Positions 9,421 through 20,386 of a DNA stretch of 64,000 nt are shown piece after piece; the stretch's first letter is position 1; each line of letters starts with the position of its first letter. Position numbers and translations under genes: made by a program. The notes beneath the pieces were generated by a model. It saw only the letters and a program-made list of their open reading frames with translations, was not told where the DNA came from and did no database searches. Origin of the DNA: Lingula anatina (taxonomy: Eukaryota > Animalia > Brachiopoda). The stretch is from contig JBPQGU010000016.1 of NCBI GenBank assembly GCA_051362555.1, forward strand, positions 3,782,001 through 3,846,000, written 5' to 3'.

Positions 9421-9839
9421 TCAACACACCTTCCATGTTAAAGGGTCAGTTACAACTTGACCCAGGAACAGTAATTAGGCCCCTAAAGATAGACGAGTTG
9501 CCTCAAAAAGAATACACGTAAAAAGGTTAATTGATCTTGGCAAAACTTATAAAGTTTTGGAAAGAGAGCTCCATAGCAAGAAAGTGCCCCTAGGAAGTAT
9601 GATTTATCAAAGTGCGTTTTCTTATGTCCGTAATTTCAGAAGAGTTCTCAGTAAATATATATAAGTCCCGGTAGCCTACTACCCGCATAAGGTTGTGTTA
9701 TTAAGTAATATCCTTTTTTATTGATGTATTGAGCATGACCGGTAATGTTCATTAAATAATTATTTTTATTTAAAATCATTATTCAGTACCTCGTAAGAAT
9801 CATAAAACTAGGTATAGTTAGATAATTTATTTGTTCATG

Positions 9840-10400
9840 TATAGATGCAATTTCTCAGCCAATGGAATAATGCATGTTTGGAAAACTTTTTGTAACAGTT
9901 TAAGAAATAAAATTTAAAGAAAGAAAACATTTTATAAATGAACAGTTTTTGTTCTTTTTTTTACAAAATAGCACTTCTGAATTGTTTTACTTGAGTAGAA
10001 ACACCATATTATTTCATCGCTCTGAAAATTCATTAAAAAGCAGCAAAACCAAATATTTTATTTAAACAAAATAATTATTCAGTCCATAGTAAAAACCATG
10101 AAACCATATAATACTTAGATAATTTATTTGTGCTATAACTTTCCTGAATATATAGCTGCAATTTCTCAGCCAATGGATTACTGTAGGTATGGAAAACTTT
10201 GTAACAGTTTAAGAAATAAAAATTAAAGAAAGCAAACATTTTACAAATTAACAGTTTTTTGTTCCTTTTTACAAAATAGTACTTATGAATTATTTTACTT
10301 GAATAGAACCACCACATTATGTCATCACTTTGAAAATTCTTTAAAAAGCAGAAAAACCAAATTATTTGCTGTAAATACAACTAGCAATTTATTTCATCCC
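9840..10400 (+). repeat. Diverged ~310-bp direct duplication inside the ISL2EU element
   Basis: TGCAATTTCTCAGCCAATGGA...GTAACAGTTTAAGAAATAAAATT occurs from ~9846 and again from ~10157. Confidence 0.75.
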
Positions 10401-10598
10401 GCTAAAATACTTTACAAAATAGCATCATGGGTTTTTTTTTCATTACAGTTAAATATTATTAAAAACAGCATAAACACATAAGTACTTTTTGTAAAGAATA
10501 TAGCACCACCAAATTATTTCATTTTAGTGAAAACATTTTTTAAAATTGCACTTCAAAATTATGATTGCAGCTAAAACCATCTCATACAGGGGTACTTT

Positions 10599-11470
10599 CT
10601 ATAAACTGGTTGACACATACTTCCTATAGTGTTTTTCATTAAAAAAAGTTATCCTGGGCAAAATACATGTAGAAAAATATCCAGCGTCAGAATGAATCAA
10701 CCCCACAAACAGATCTTTGAATGTAAACACAGCAAAATAGCAGAATGGGCGATTTGTAATGAACATCTGGCCTTCTAACTTAGTATAGTATTCGCGGGTT
10801 TTCTTTAGGCCCAGATTCGTGCACGAGATACACATTCCAAAAAGGGGAAATCGGGTCCGGGTCCAACTGTCATGTGTCTGCAATGGTTTTGGACACAACA
10901 ATTATTCATACAGTTTGTTCATATACTTCTTCTCTGTAGCTGACATTATCTCTCCAAATCTGGAAGCAGTGATCCGCCATTGTCTCCTTGTGTCAGATTG
11001 CGCTCTTTCCTTGTTGTAACTTGCTATGCTCAGTGTCCTTCGCCGTTTGTTCCTCAACCTGAAATAGTCATATCCCATTAAAGCATGGTAGATGGTTACA
11101 GCATTAAATAGTTAAGATACAATTTTATGTTTCTATGATGTCACACATCACCTAGTTTGATAATTCTTTCTCATATTTGGGCCTGATTCTTAATATTAGA
11201 CCTCTGTTTTCACTTACATCATTCCCTCTATCCATGCATTATTGTTTTCATGGCACTTGGCAATAGTTGTTGTCCATCACAGCCGCCTGTAAGTCAGCTT
11301 TAGGGTAGGCATAACTGGTGGCTACATCAATCTTTGCCGCTGATGGGAAGTGACGGGTAAGATTCCTGAAGTAATCATTTTATCCTGCTCTTGAAGTTGG
11401 CTGTCCTGGGGTCCTGAAATCGACAGTTTCAGGCTTTGCCCCCAATATATGGGCCTTCTTTGGGTAACCT
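10599..11470 (-). pseudogene. YqaJ-like (lambda exonuclease family) accessory gene remnant of ISL2EU, intron-containing
   Basis: The minus strand reads WRITASRFGEIMSA (~10940-10980) and LKKTREYYTKLEGQMFITNRPFCYFAVFT, the typical YqaJ RITAS and YYxQxQGQM motifs. Confidence 0.8.
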
Positions 11471-12619
11471 TATAAAGAAAAAAAATAAGTACATTTACTA
11501 AGTATAAAAAATCTTCGTCTTTCGTGCTACTAAAACAAAATATGAGCGTAGGCCTACTCGTACCTACAGTAGTCTACATGTACATAACATGTCAGATTTG
11601 ACACACACACCTCGACTAATGTTCGATTTTTTTCAAGGAAAATAGTTAGCATTCTTGTTTTTCAAGCACTAAATGAAAAGAAAACACATACCTTTCAGTC
11701 AATTCACATTTTCATCCAGATGTTATGGCACCACATTCAAGTAAATTGCGTTTGAGTTGGTTCACTGTCAGCGACGCGTGCACACGCTCCATGTTAAACT
11801 CTGGTGTAAAGCCGTGAGCGAGATTCTGCGAGATTTAAGAAGGACTGCTTCCACCCCCACGCCATCTAGCGGCAGACCCTTAAAGCGGGTATTCCCCATT
11901 GGGGTATTTCTAAAGAATTATTCTCACATTTTGATAAGATATGGGGTCCTCATGAAGTGGATTGGTTTACGTCCTGCTACAATGCTTAAGTACATATTTT
12001 TACTCTAGATTTTAGAATTCAGGAACAGTGAATGGGACACGCGTCATTTACGGATCTATCCTGGTCCTCAGATCAAATTCAGTCTCTTATTTCTACCAAT
12101 GAGTTACAACAGACTCCTTGTTTCTATATTGTTTCCGACAGACTGTTCTGGTCCTTCACCTGTAAATATCCATCATGACGTAATCAAATGTGGCACCGAA
12201 ACGTGCCCTTGGCTGACTCTGTTATGGTCTCAAAATTTTTGAAGCTTTAAGCTTTTAGATGCTACCTAGTTTCTTATTGAAAAGTCGAGATATAGAGGTG
12301 GCAATTGGCTTTTGATAAATCAGGTTAAATCGTATTTATGCCCAGTAAAAGTTCTTGAAAATATTTAGATTTCATTGGTAGGCCTCGATCCTAGCTACAG
12401 CTTTTCAAATTTACATGGCCTATTTTAAATATAATATCGTTGAGTTACAATGACAGTTATGTATGAAAATTGTATAACGACGAGGGGGAGTATCGGTGCG
12501 CGTACAACAGTAATTTATGAATACATTTTACAGTATTATGGAATATACATGTATATTAGCGCCCGTGGTCTTATTGATCAATTAATGTGTGAATGAATAA
12601 GTCAAATCCACATGTACAT

Positions 12620-12894
12620 CTGGGGCGGATCCAGGATTTTTTGGAAGGGTGGTGGTGTTTTTTTTACGGATTGACAAGGCCTCGGAGTGCAAGGCCGACC
12701 CTCACCCCTTTGGAGTTATGTTTGGGGCACGCTCGAGGGCCACGAAAAAGGGTGTTTTAGAGGGAAAATATCTCCATTTGATACGGTTTATAACTATTAT
12801 TCAGCTATAGATTTTGGGTGTAATTTTTTTTATCAGAAATCGAAGGGAGGAGGGGGTCTGGATCCCCCCTGACACCCCCTCTTTATCCGCCATG
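12620..12894. mobile_element. MITE of the CAGGGGCGGAT TIR group with a 5-bp TSD (TACAT)
   Basis: CTGGGGCGGATCCAGG...TTATCCGCCATG flanked by TACAT (12615-12619, 12895-12899); also present at 50437-50710. Confidence 0.75.
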
Positions 12895-14560
12895 TACATG
12901 TATTAGACCGTGAACATTCGTGAACAGTTTCAACCACAGTCCCTCGCCTGAAATGAGCCATGCCTGTCTGTAATTTGCATAACAATTACTTGCTCATCGT
13001 AGTGCGAGCTGTATTTCCGAATGCTCAGTAGGCAGTAGGACACAGCTAGGTGAAGACGCAATGTTCAACGTGCGGGTGCAGTCGCAACGCAGTCGTATGA
13101 GGCGTAGAAGCAAATGCATGTTTCGTAAGTAGCACTTTTTCTTCAGTATCGTATGTCAGTTGATAGAAAGAGAGTAGAAAAATGCAAAGAAATTTGCGAC
13201 GAGTATTTACGGGTATGTTACTACTCTTTGTTGTCGCTGTCGCCTGTCGTTTCTGTTATGCCACTCAAAATATTATTTAGCAAATTAGTAAATGGGCATA
13301 TTACCACAAAGATCACGGACATATTTACATGATGGTACCGTACTTGTCACAGTTCCGAGCTTTTGATCCTAAGACAATGAACGATAGTCAGTTTTAGTAG
13401 GTTTGTTAATTTCATTATACATGTACCTGTAAAATGCTTGTAAGCAGTGTTGAAACACGGGGAAATGATTTATTCTAAAGCGAAATATGGTTCCCAAACG
13501 CGTGATGCAAAGCGATTTTAGATATTACAACTTTATATAGTAGGTAAAATAAATAAATAGTGATAACCTACACAAACTAGAGGAGTGTTTTCAATATTTT
13601 TTTTTTTTTTCAAAGCAAGATATCTGAAATATCTTTATTACTAACTTCAGGTCTTAAATGTGGCGTTAGGCAACATAGAATCGATTGCTTTTTTGGGGTG
13701 CTATCTGAGCCTGAACTATGGACAAGTCAGATATTGTTAACATTACCTTCTTATTTCAGAAGTCCACTGAGATACTGAGAACTGCACGGCACCTGGCTGC
13801 TAGCAACCAAGCCTGTCATTCACCCTCTGGAACCCTACGCTCATCCATGCATCTTTTGTTTTAAAATTGAATAAATACGTTTGTCATTCCTTGTGTTCTT
13901 ATTCACTTCCATATGAAATGATGATAAAATATTAATAATAATAATAATAATAATAATAGAGGGTTAGGGGTAAAATTGTAAAGATATTATTGTTTGAGCA
14001 CTTTCAAATTAAATCTGCTAAAACTGATCTGTAAGCATTGTGTTTGGGATTGATGATTTCTCCAGTAACAGAGGATGTCGTAAATCGAAAGGATTAAAAG
14101 TTTTGTTAATATGCCCAGTATTTTGTAAATAATTGAGAGCATTTTAAGAATACATCTACAGGATTTCCAACAGCCCACATTTATAAATACAATTTGTATG
14201 AATTTACGATATTGCTTTTTTAAAAATCTGTCCTACATTTTTTATAGTGAGACGGGTTTTTTAATATCTATTTATAAATTAGTTCATCCTCCCAGATAAA
14301 ATTTTCTTAATTTAATATAAGTCCATATTCTAAGGGTTTTGGTTTGCTAGAGAAAATTGTTTCAAATTTCACGACCTTCTCATCAAACGAACGCTTCAAT
14401 TTTAAATTAAAACGGAAATATAAGAGATCTTGACACACTTTTGAAATGGGAACAATGAAATTTGCTCCTCCACCCAAAACTTAGAACTGCATATTCTGAT
14501 ATGTTTGAAAATGTCTCATTAAAATCATAATTAAAATAAATTGATCCTTTTATATAAAGA

Positions 14561-14951
14561 AATGGACTCGCCCCACCTGTCACCCCTCAAATCGAATGGA
14601 CTTGTCCCACCTGTCACCCCTCAGATGAAATGGACTCGCCCCACCTGTCACCCCTCAAATCGAATGGACTCGCCCCACCTGTCACCCCTCAAATCGAATG
14701 GACTCGTCCCACCTGTCACCCCTCAAATGGAATGGACTCACCCCACCTGTCACCCCTCAAATCGAATGGACTCGCCCCACCTGTCACCCCTCAGATGGAA
14801 TGGACTCGCCCCACCTGTCACCCCTCAGATGAAATGGACTCGCCCCACCTGTCACCCCTCAGATGAAATGGACTCGCCCCACCTGTCACCCCTCAAATCG
14901 AATGGACTCGTCCCACCTGTCACCCCTCAAATCGAATGGACTCGACCCACT
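14561..14951 (+). repeat. 34-bp minisatellite, ~11.5 copies
   Basis: Unit AATGGACTCGCCCCACCTGTCACCCCTCAAATCG with variants ending CAGATGA or CAAATGG. Confidence 0.97.
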
Positions 14952-15269
14952 TGAAAACTTTCAATGCAGGTCTAATAAATTTACCTTTTTTAACACTGGT
15001 CGTATTCACAAAAGATCGTAAACATTACAGAGAGAAGGAAAAGTACCCAAGAGAAGGGAGGTGGGGGGGGGTGTGAAGGAGCGCAATGTGAAACAAATTA
15101 ATATTATGTTCTTATTTATCTATTCAATTTCATAAATAATTTGTAAACTCTTCACTCTTGATTCAAATAAATAAAAAGCAACAATTAAAACTTGTAGTAC
15201 TTGCCACAGAAGCCAAACTGAAGTAAAACATTTGAAATAGCATAAAAAGAGGAAGACAAGTAAAAAAAA

Positions 15270-17150
15270 TTAAATTCTCAAATTTTTAGAAACTAATAAT
15301 CTTTCTTCGACAGTATCCTTAACATAACCGTCTTTTGTGTTTTCAGATCGCCATCTACCGTGTTTCTTAAACAGTCTGTCTTTAGTCCCTGCATTAGAAT
15401 CCAGCATATGAAATCAAACAAACGGAAAGTACTCGGAGATCCTTCAAAGTGACTTCAGAACTCATAAAATTAGTAACCAATTTAGAAATGTGCTTAGCAG
15501 TTACAGGTTCCTTTTTTGTTACTCTATGATCTTTCCGTCTCTGAGATGCTTCCTTCACTGCAATAACGAATTTTGACTCGCAATTTCGGATTTTTCTTAC
15601 AGTTGGCTGTACCATGAAACCATTTTAAAGTGTAAAAAGATGTCTAAACCGCAGCAGAATAATTACAAGTTTGTGACAAATTTTGAAGATAAAAAGCAAC
15701 AATCGAGTCTTTCGCTGTAAAGAAAGAGGTCACACCGATCGTATTACACCGTTCAAGCCATTTTTGGAAGCCGTAAGAATATTTTCTCACTGTGTTGTCT
15801 GCTCTTGACTTCAAAATGACATCTGGTAATGAATCTGCTAAAGCCTTCAAACTTTTATTGCTTGTAACCTCCACGTCTTGAAGGATAGCATTATCAAGAA
15901 AACATGAAAAAGGAAAAAAAGAAAATTTTTGAAAACAAAACTCTAGCAATCGTTCCCATAATCTCTGTTCATCCTGGACAATAATCATGTCCATGTTAAC
16001 TGTCATTGATCAATGATTGTGATCCTAATGGCCATTTCTTCCATTCCTTCCTTCAATGTTGCAGAACTCCATTACAGCATGTTGTATCGATAACCCATTG
16101 GTAACTAGAGCGCAGACCTCCGCCAAGGCAGCGATTTTTTATTATTATTGATTTTTGATTGATTATTGATCCGGATCACCACCAAAAAATAATCATCTCT
16201 TCCTTGGCCCACTTGGTGCAGTTCCTGAAAAATTCATCAAAATCGGTCTAAGAAATACATAAACAAAGCCATCTCCATTATATCAATGATCCAGTGATCG
16301 TCTGTTTATCTCTCCTTCGAAGAAAGTGAGTTTTAAATTCTATAAACAGATGACCAATTATTCATATACTTTAAATCCCTTTAAATATGAAAAACTTATT
16401 CGTATTTAAAACAAATGGTCCCAAACCGGGTTTCCTGGCATCTGAATAGACCGTTTTTAACTTACTAGGCAAGCTTTGTACACGTAGACTTTTCTCATTT
16501 AAAAAAAAAAAGAAAACTAAATTGTCTTTCCAAAAATTAATTCTTTAATGCAAGACATTCGTCTTTAATATTAATATTAAAATCCCAATGCTTCCTCTAG
16601 TTATTTATCTAGATACATTTCCAATCAATGGAGACATAATAATAAAACAGAAATAATTTTACCTGTAACCCTGGCCAATTTTATAGCTGTTATATACGGT
16701 AAATCTGAAACCAATTCGTCTAAAAGACACAGAGCATTACTAGTACATGTAGAAAGCCTTCTTTCGGGAATAAACAATCCCCTTACTTCCATGTCCCAAA
16801 TAATCCCCAACCATTCCAATTTGTTGACTGGTTCTAATTTACTTTTTTCAGCGTTTAAAACAAAATCTGCTTTAAACAGATCCATTTTAATTTTTTAGAA
16901 TGTAGTTTTAAATGTAATATATTTTTCTAGGGAATTTTCAGACACAATACCGTCATCTAAATAAACAACAATGGGGATTCCATTTTTCTCCAATACCCAA
17001 CTAAACGTCTAAGTATTTTAGTAAAAATAAACGGTGCTGAAGAAAGGCCAAACGAAAGTACCAAAAAAAAAAAAAAAAAAAAAGAATTCTTTCCGTTGAT
17101 TTAAAAAAGTTTGAGATGCCGGAGCAATATCTAAATGGTGAATAAATAAA
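15270..17150 (-). pseudogene. Second decayed DIRS-type retrotransposon (RT and tyrosine recombinase remnants)
   Basis: Minus strand reads FLVLSFGLSSAPFIFTKILR, IVVYLDDGI, LEWLGIIWD (RT) and KSRADNTVRKYSYGFQKW, KKEPVT, DLRVLSVCLISYAGF, DRLFKKHGRWRSENTKDGYVKD (YR catalytic H/W/Y region). Confidence 0.9.
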
Positions 17151-17199
17151 TAAACACAACACTTAACTGCAGAATTATCTCAACAAATATTATCTGTGG

Positions 17200-18050
17200 T
17201 CTTGCTCACATTCCCAAAAGTGAGAGTGTAATATGCCTTTGGTCCATGCAACCAGATCTCTTGTCCTCCTTGTCTGTTCAGCCTAAAATATAAAATTGCA
17301 AGACAGCTATTTAATTCTTAATGCATAACTCTATTAAAAAGGAAAATGTCCATGATGGAAAAAAACTCATTTATTTTTTCTACCTGAAGATATGGAAAAT
17401 GGTGCAATAGTTTGTGTTGTTCTCATGCATATCTACTCACAGTGATTTTTGCCCCATGCCAAATGTCCCACGAATGTTTTATCCCGATTCATTTTTTTTT
17501 TTTCTGAAATAAGAAAAATTTAGCTAAATATATAAAGAGATATAACAAAAAAATAGCAAGAATTGCAACTAAATAATCACATACATGTAGATACATTTCA
17601 CATACTAAATTTGCTTTCTAATTATTATAGTAAGACCTAAACAGCACTTTGTACTTAAGTGTGCAACAAGGGCAACTTTGACCACTTCTGTTGCACTGAT
17701 TCCTTTTTTTTTTTTCAGGAAATCCATAGCCCTGACAAACCCTTCCTTCTCCATTACAGAGCTACTCAGCTTGGTTTCTTTCTTCCTTACAACTTCTGCT
17801 TCCAACACATCCCCTGTTTCATAGTCAACAATAATGCTCGCGCAATATTGTGCACTATGTTCTGGGCTGTCCATTCTGCCATCAACTATGAATAAATGGG
17901 ATATATCGAAACACGGACATCATAAATATGTGGTGCGACAATTCCTAAAACAACACTTGGTGGGATTTAGGACACATTCCTATAGACACCACAGGTCTAC
18001 ATTGATCGACCAGACTTGGCATGGATTTTCACTGCTATCAGCTGAATAGG
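17200..18050 (-). pseudogene. Intron-containing DDE transposase relic, probably Kolobok-type
   Basis: Minus strand reads VDGRMDSPEHSAQYC...MEKEGFVRAMDFL...EVV and, in a later exon, IKHSWDIWHGAK (~17447-17480). Superfamily assignment is from remembered motifs. Confidence 0.6.
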
Positions 18051-18098
18051 TAACCCCCCCCCCCCTCTAAGAAATAAAATTGTTCATGTTCCTTTTGT

Positions 18099-18101
<3 letters not shown>

Positions 18102-18162
<61 letters not shown>
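18102..18162. repeat. (TA)n microsatellite
   Basis: Perfect AT dinucleotide run; the copy at ~59403-59472 is longer. Confidence 0.98.
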
Positions 18163-18167
<5 letters not shown>

Positions 18168-18945
18168 CCAAAGGAATAGAGGGTAATAAGTCATACTCAA
18201 ATTATATTTTAGGATGCCAACCCATGTTATTTTCATCTTATTCCTTCTCAAAGTGTGTCTTGCCTTTAAATGTAAAGCTCTATGTTATTTAATGAAAGAC
18301 AATATAAGTTCCATCTGTTTAGAGATGTATGTCGGTCTGCTTTATAGCAATTAAGTCCCTGCTGTGGTTTAGGCCTACTGGTCACAACCAGAACATCAGA
18401 ACCACTGCTTCCATCCACCGCTTCTACTTGTGGACATGGTGGACATACACTTGATATAGAAACAAAACACGCATTTAGTTAAAATTTTAGATGAATCCAT
18501 TTAATCCATAAAGTTTAAATAACACATTTGCAATAAAGTTTTTGATTAAGTTTTTTATCAAAATTAAAATAGATTATTGTAATAATGTTATTAAAGTATG
18601 TGCCCTTTTTCAAATGCAAAGAATGCAAAGCAACCCTTATATATACATGTACCTGTATATAAATATGTTTGATAAGATCTCTTGGAGATATTTAAGCACA
18701 TTTAAAAGACACTCACTCAGAAACAGAGTTTTCAATATCGCTTAATTTGGGATCAGGAATGGACTTAGCAGTGGTCCTCACCCTCGCCTGAACAAAGAAG
18801 CTCAAACAAATCAAGAACAAATCAATATCCGAATAACGACGGTGATATGGCCCTGCTGGCGCATATTAATTTCGTGATCTGTAAACACAGGGAATCAGCA
18901 GTTGTAAACATTCTCTTATAGTATATTTTGAACAAGCTGTCTGTA

Positions 18946-19020
18946 CAGGGAGGGGGGGGGGGGGGGCGGGGTCGGCCCGCCCCCTTAAAATATTCCTGGA
19001 TCCGCCCCTGGATCCGCCAC
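18946..19020. mobile_element. Truncated CAGGGGCGGATCCAGG-type MITE end
   Basis: ...TTCCTGGATCCGCCCCTGGATCCGCCAC with a G-run; also present at ~60251-60322. Confidence 0.55.
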
Positions 19021-20386
19021 ATGGTACCTATCTGTATCTTAAAAAAAAAAAAAAACTGCTGGTATATGATAGACGGGAAAAGGGAGCGCATGGGAAATGA
19101 CGGTGTAGGCCGGATCTAAAGCCTTCCACAGTTTCAGCAGTAACTTGTTGGTCACTTCGTTCATTCCACTCGGTGACTGTTCTGGTAAAGAAAGAGTTTC
19201 AAACTGGTGTGTCGCAGTGTGATTCTTGCACTTAAAGTTTGTTTTAAATCCTAATAATAGCACATAAATGTAATTTATTCTAAAATGTGAGGCCTAATTA
19301 TAAGGAGCTACGGGCAAATTTCTTCAACAATCAGTTTCTTTTTCAAACTGATTGTTTGACACATCATGATAACAACGGAAACCACCAAACTTCAATTAAG
19401 ATAATTAATTGTATTTATGTAGCAAATGGGTTGTTTTAGTGGTGGTATTAACTTTTTGGTAATACATCAACGTTTTGTTTATAGGAAATTAGTCTGGTTA
19501 GTTAGTAGTAGGTAGTAGGATGGTAGTTTGGGTCTTGTGTCTGCACATTTTTACCTTAAGTAGTTGACCAAGGCAAGGTGATAACAGATGTCCCGGGTTT
19601 AGGAATTTCTTAGCTGCTGTGTATCTAGGCACACACATTTGCACCCCCACCTTTAATAATTATATATTTCTTTTTAGTTACCCGCACGAAAATGCAGTAG
19701 TATCGAAGTAGCAAAGCGGCGGGAGCATATTTGCAGAATAGCCTACTGCAATTCTACTCCAAAAAGTACATAGGTTTGTACAGAGAGGAGCATAAATGCA
19801 TAATTTTTTTAATTCCCATGACAAAACACCCCAGTGACTCCCTTCGCCACATAAGTTTTCATGTAATTATTAAACAGAGCAAAAAATCTCCCTATTTCTG
19901 TAGAATTATAAATTTTATGAAAGATGTTTTTGGGACTAATTCTATTGAGCTGCATTCAGTGAGAAGTCATTCAGCTTTGTAGCTGCGGAGATATTGACGG
20001 CCGCACTAAAAAATTCCTGCAAAACTGCATGAACAGAATATTTTGGTGAAACATTTCCTATTCTCATAGACAGCAGACTCACTGACGTAACTCCCAATGC
20101 CACAAAAAGTTACTTTTCATACCGGCAGTACTGTAATTGAACATGTGCATTCTCTTGTTTGTAAACAACCCACTGCGCTGCTCACAGTTGTAAGCTCCCT
20201 CCGCCAGATGTCCGAAACTGTACAGCACTGAGCCAGGTCTCGCCCAAAAATAAGAAGCAATTTAGGCCCAAACCTGCTACTTGACACCAAATTAACCACT
20301 AGCAACACACAAAAAATGTCAGGAAAAAACTGGAAACAATCACTAATTTTTCAAGCAGAACTTCATTCGTCTATAACAGTCCGTGA

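Larger units (their letters stand above)
9210..11897. mobile_element. Internally deleted ISL2EU-type (PIF/Harbinger-related) DNA transposon with an AT TSD
   Basis: 10-bp TIR GGGGAATACC...GGTATTCCCC; AT at 9208-9209 and 11898-11899; empty site GACAATTGGGG at ~49711-49721. Carries THAP and YqaJ remnants in convergent orientation. Confidence 0.9.
6850..12605 (+). pseudogene. Decayed DIRS-type (tyrosine recombinase) retrotransposon: gag, RT, RNase H, methyltransferase-like and YR remnants, interrupted by a MITE and an ISL2EU element
   Basis: Gag-like from ATG 6963 (WKIEGNHQQF, KRNKLIRIAD); RT remnants LILDVREVNKHV, FLVLPFGLS, LDDGL; RNase H FSDASSTGFGG, SSTYRELIAV, REENTHADYISR; WGPHEVDW; YLCPVKVLEKY. 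Many frameshifts and stops. Confidence 0.85.

Noticed and set aside
13060-13860. Splice-like signals (GTAAGT donor, TTTCAG acceptor) suggesting a host gene
   Set aside because: No coherent reading frame or recognisable protein can be assembled.
13958-13972. TTAGGG telomere-like motif (also at bases 3-8)
   Set aside because: Single hexamers, not arrays.
14541-14954. Repetitive ORFs over the 34-bp minisatellite (also 52350-52743)
   Set aside because: The 34-bp unit is not a multiple of three; the frames are open by chance and copy number varies.
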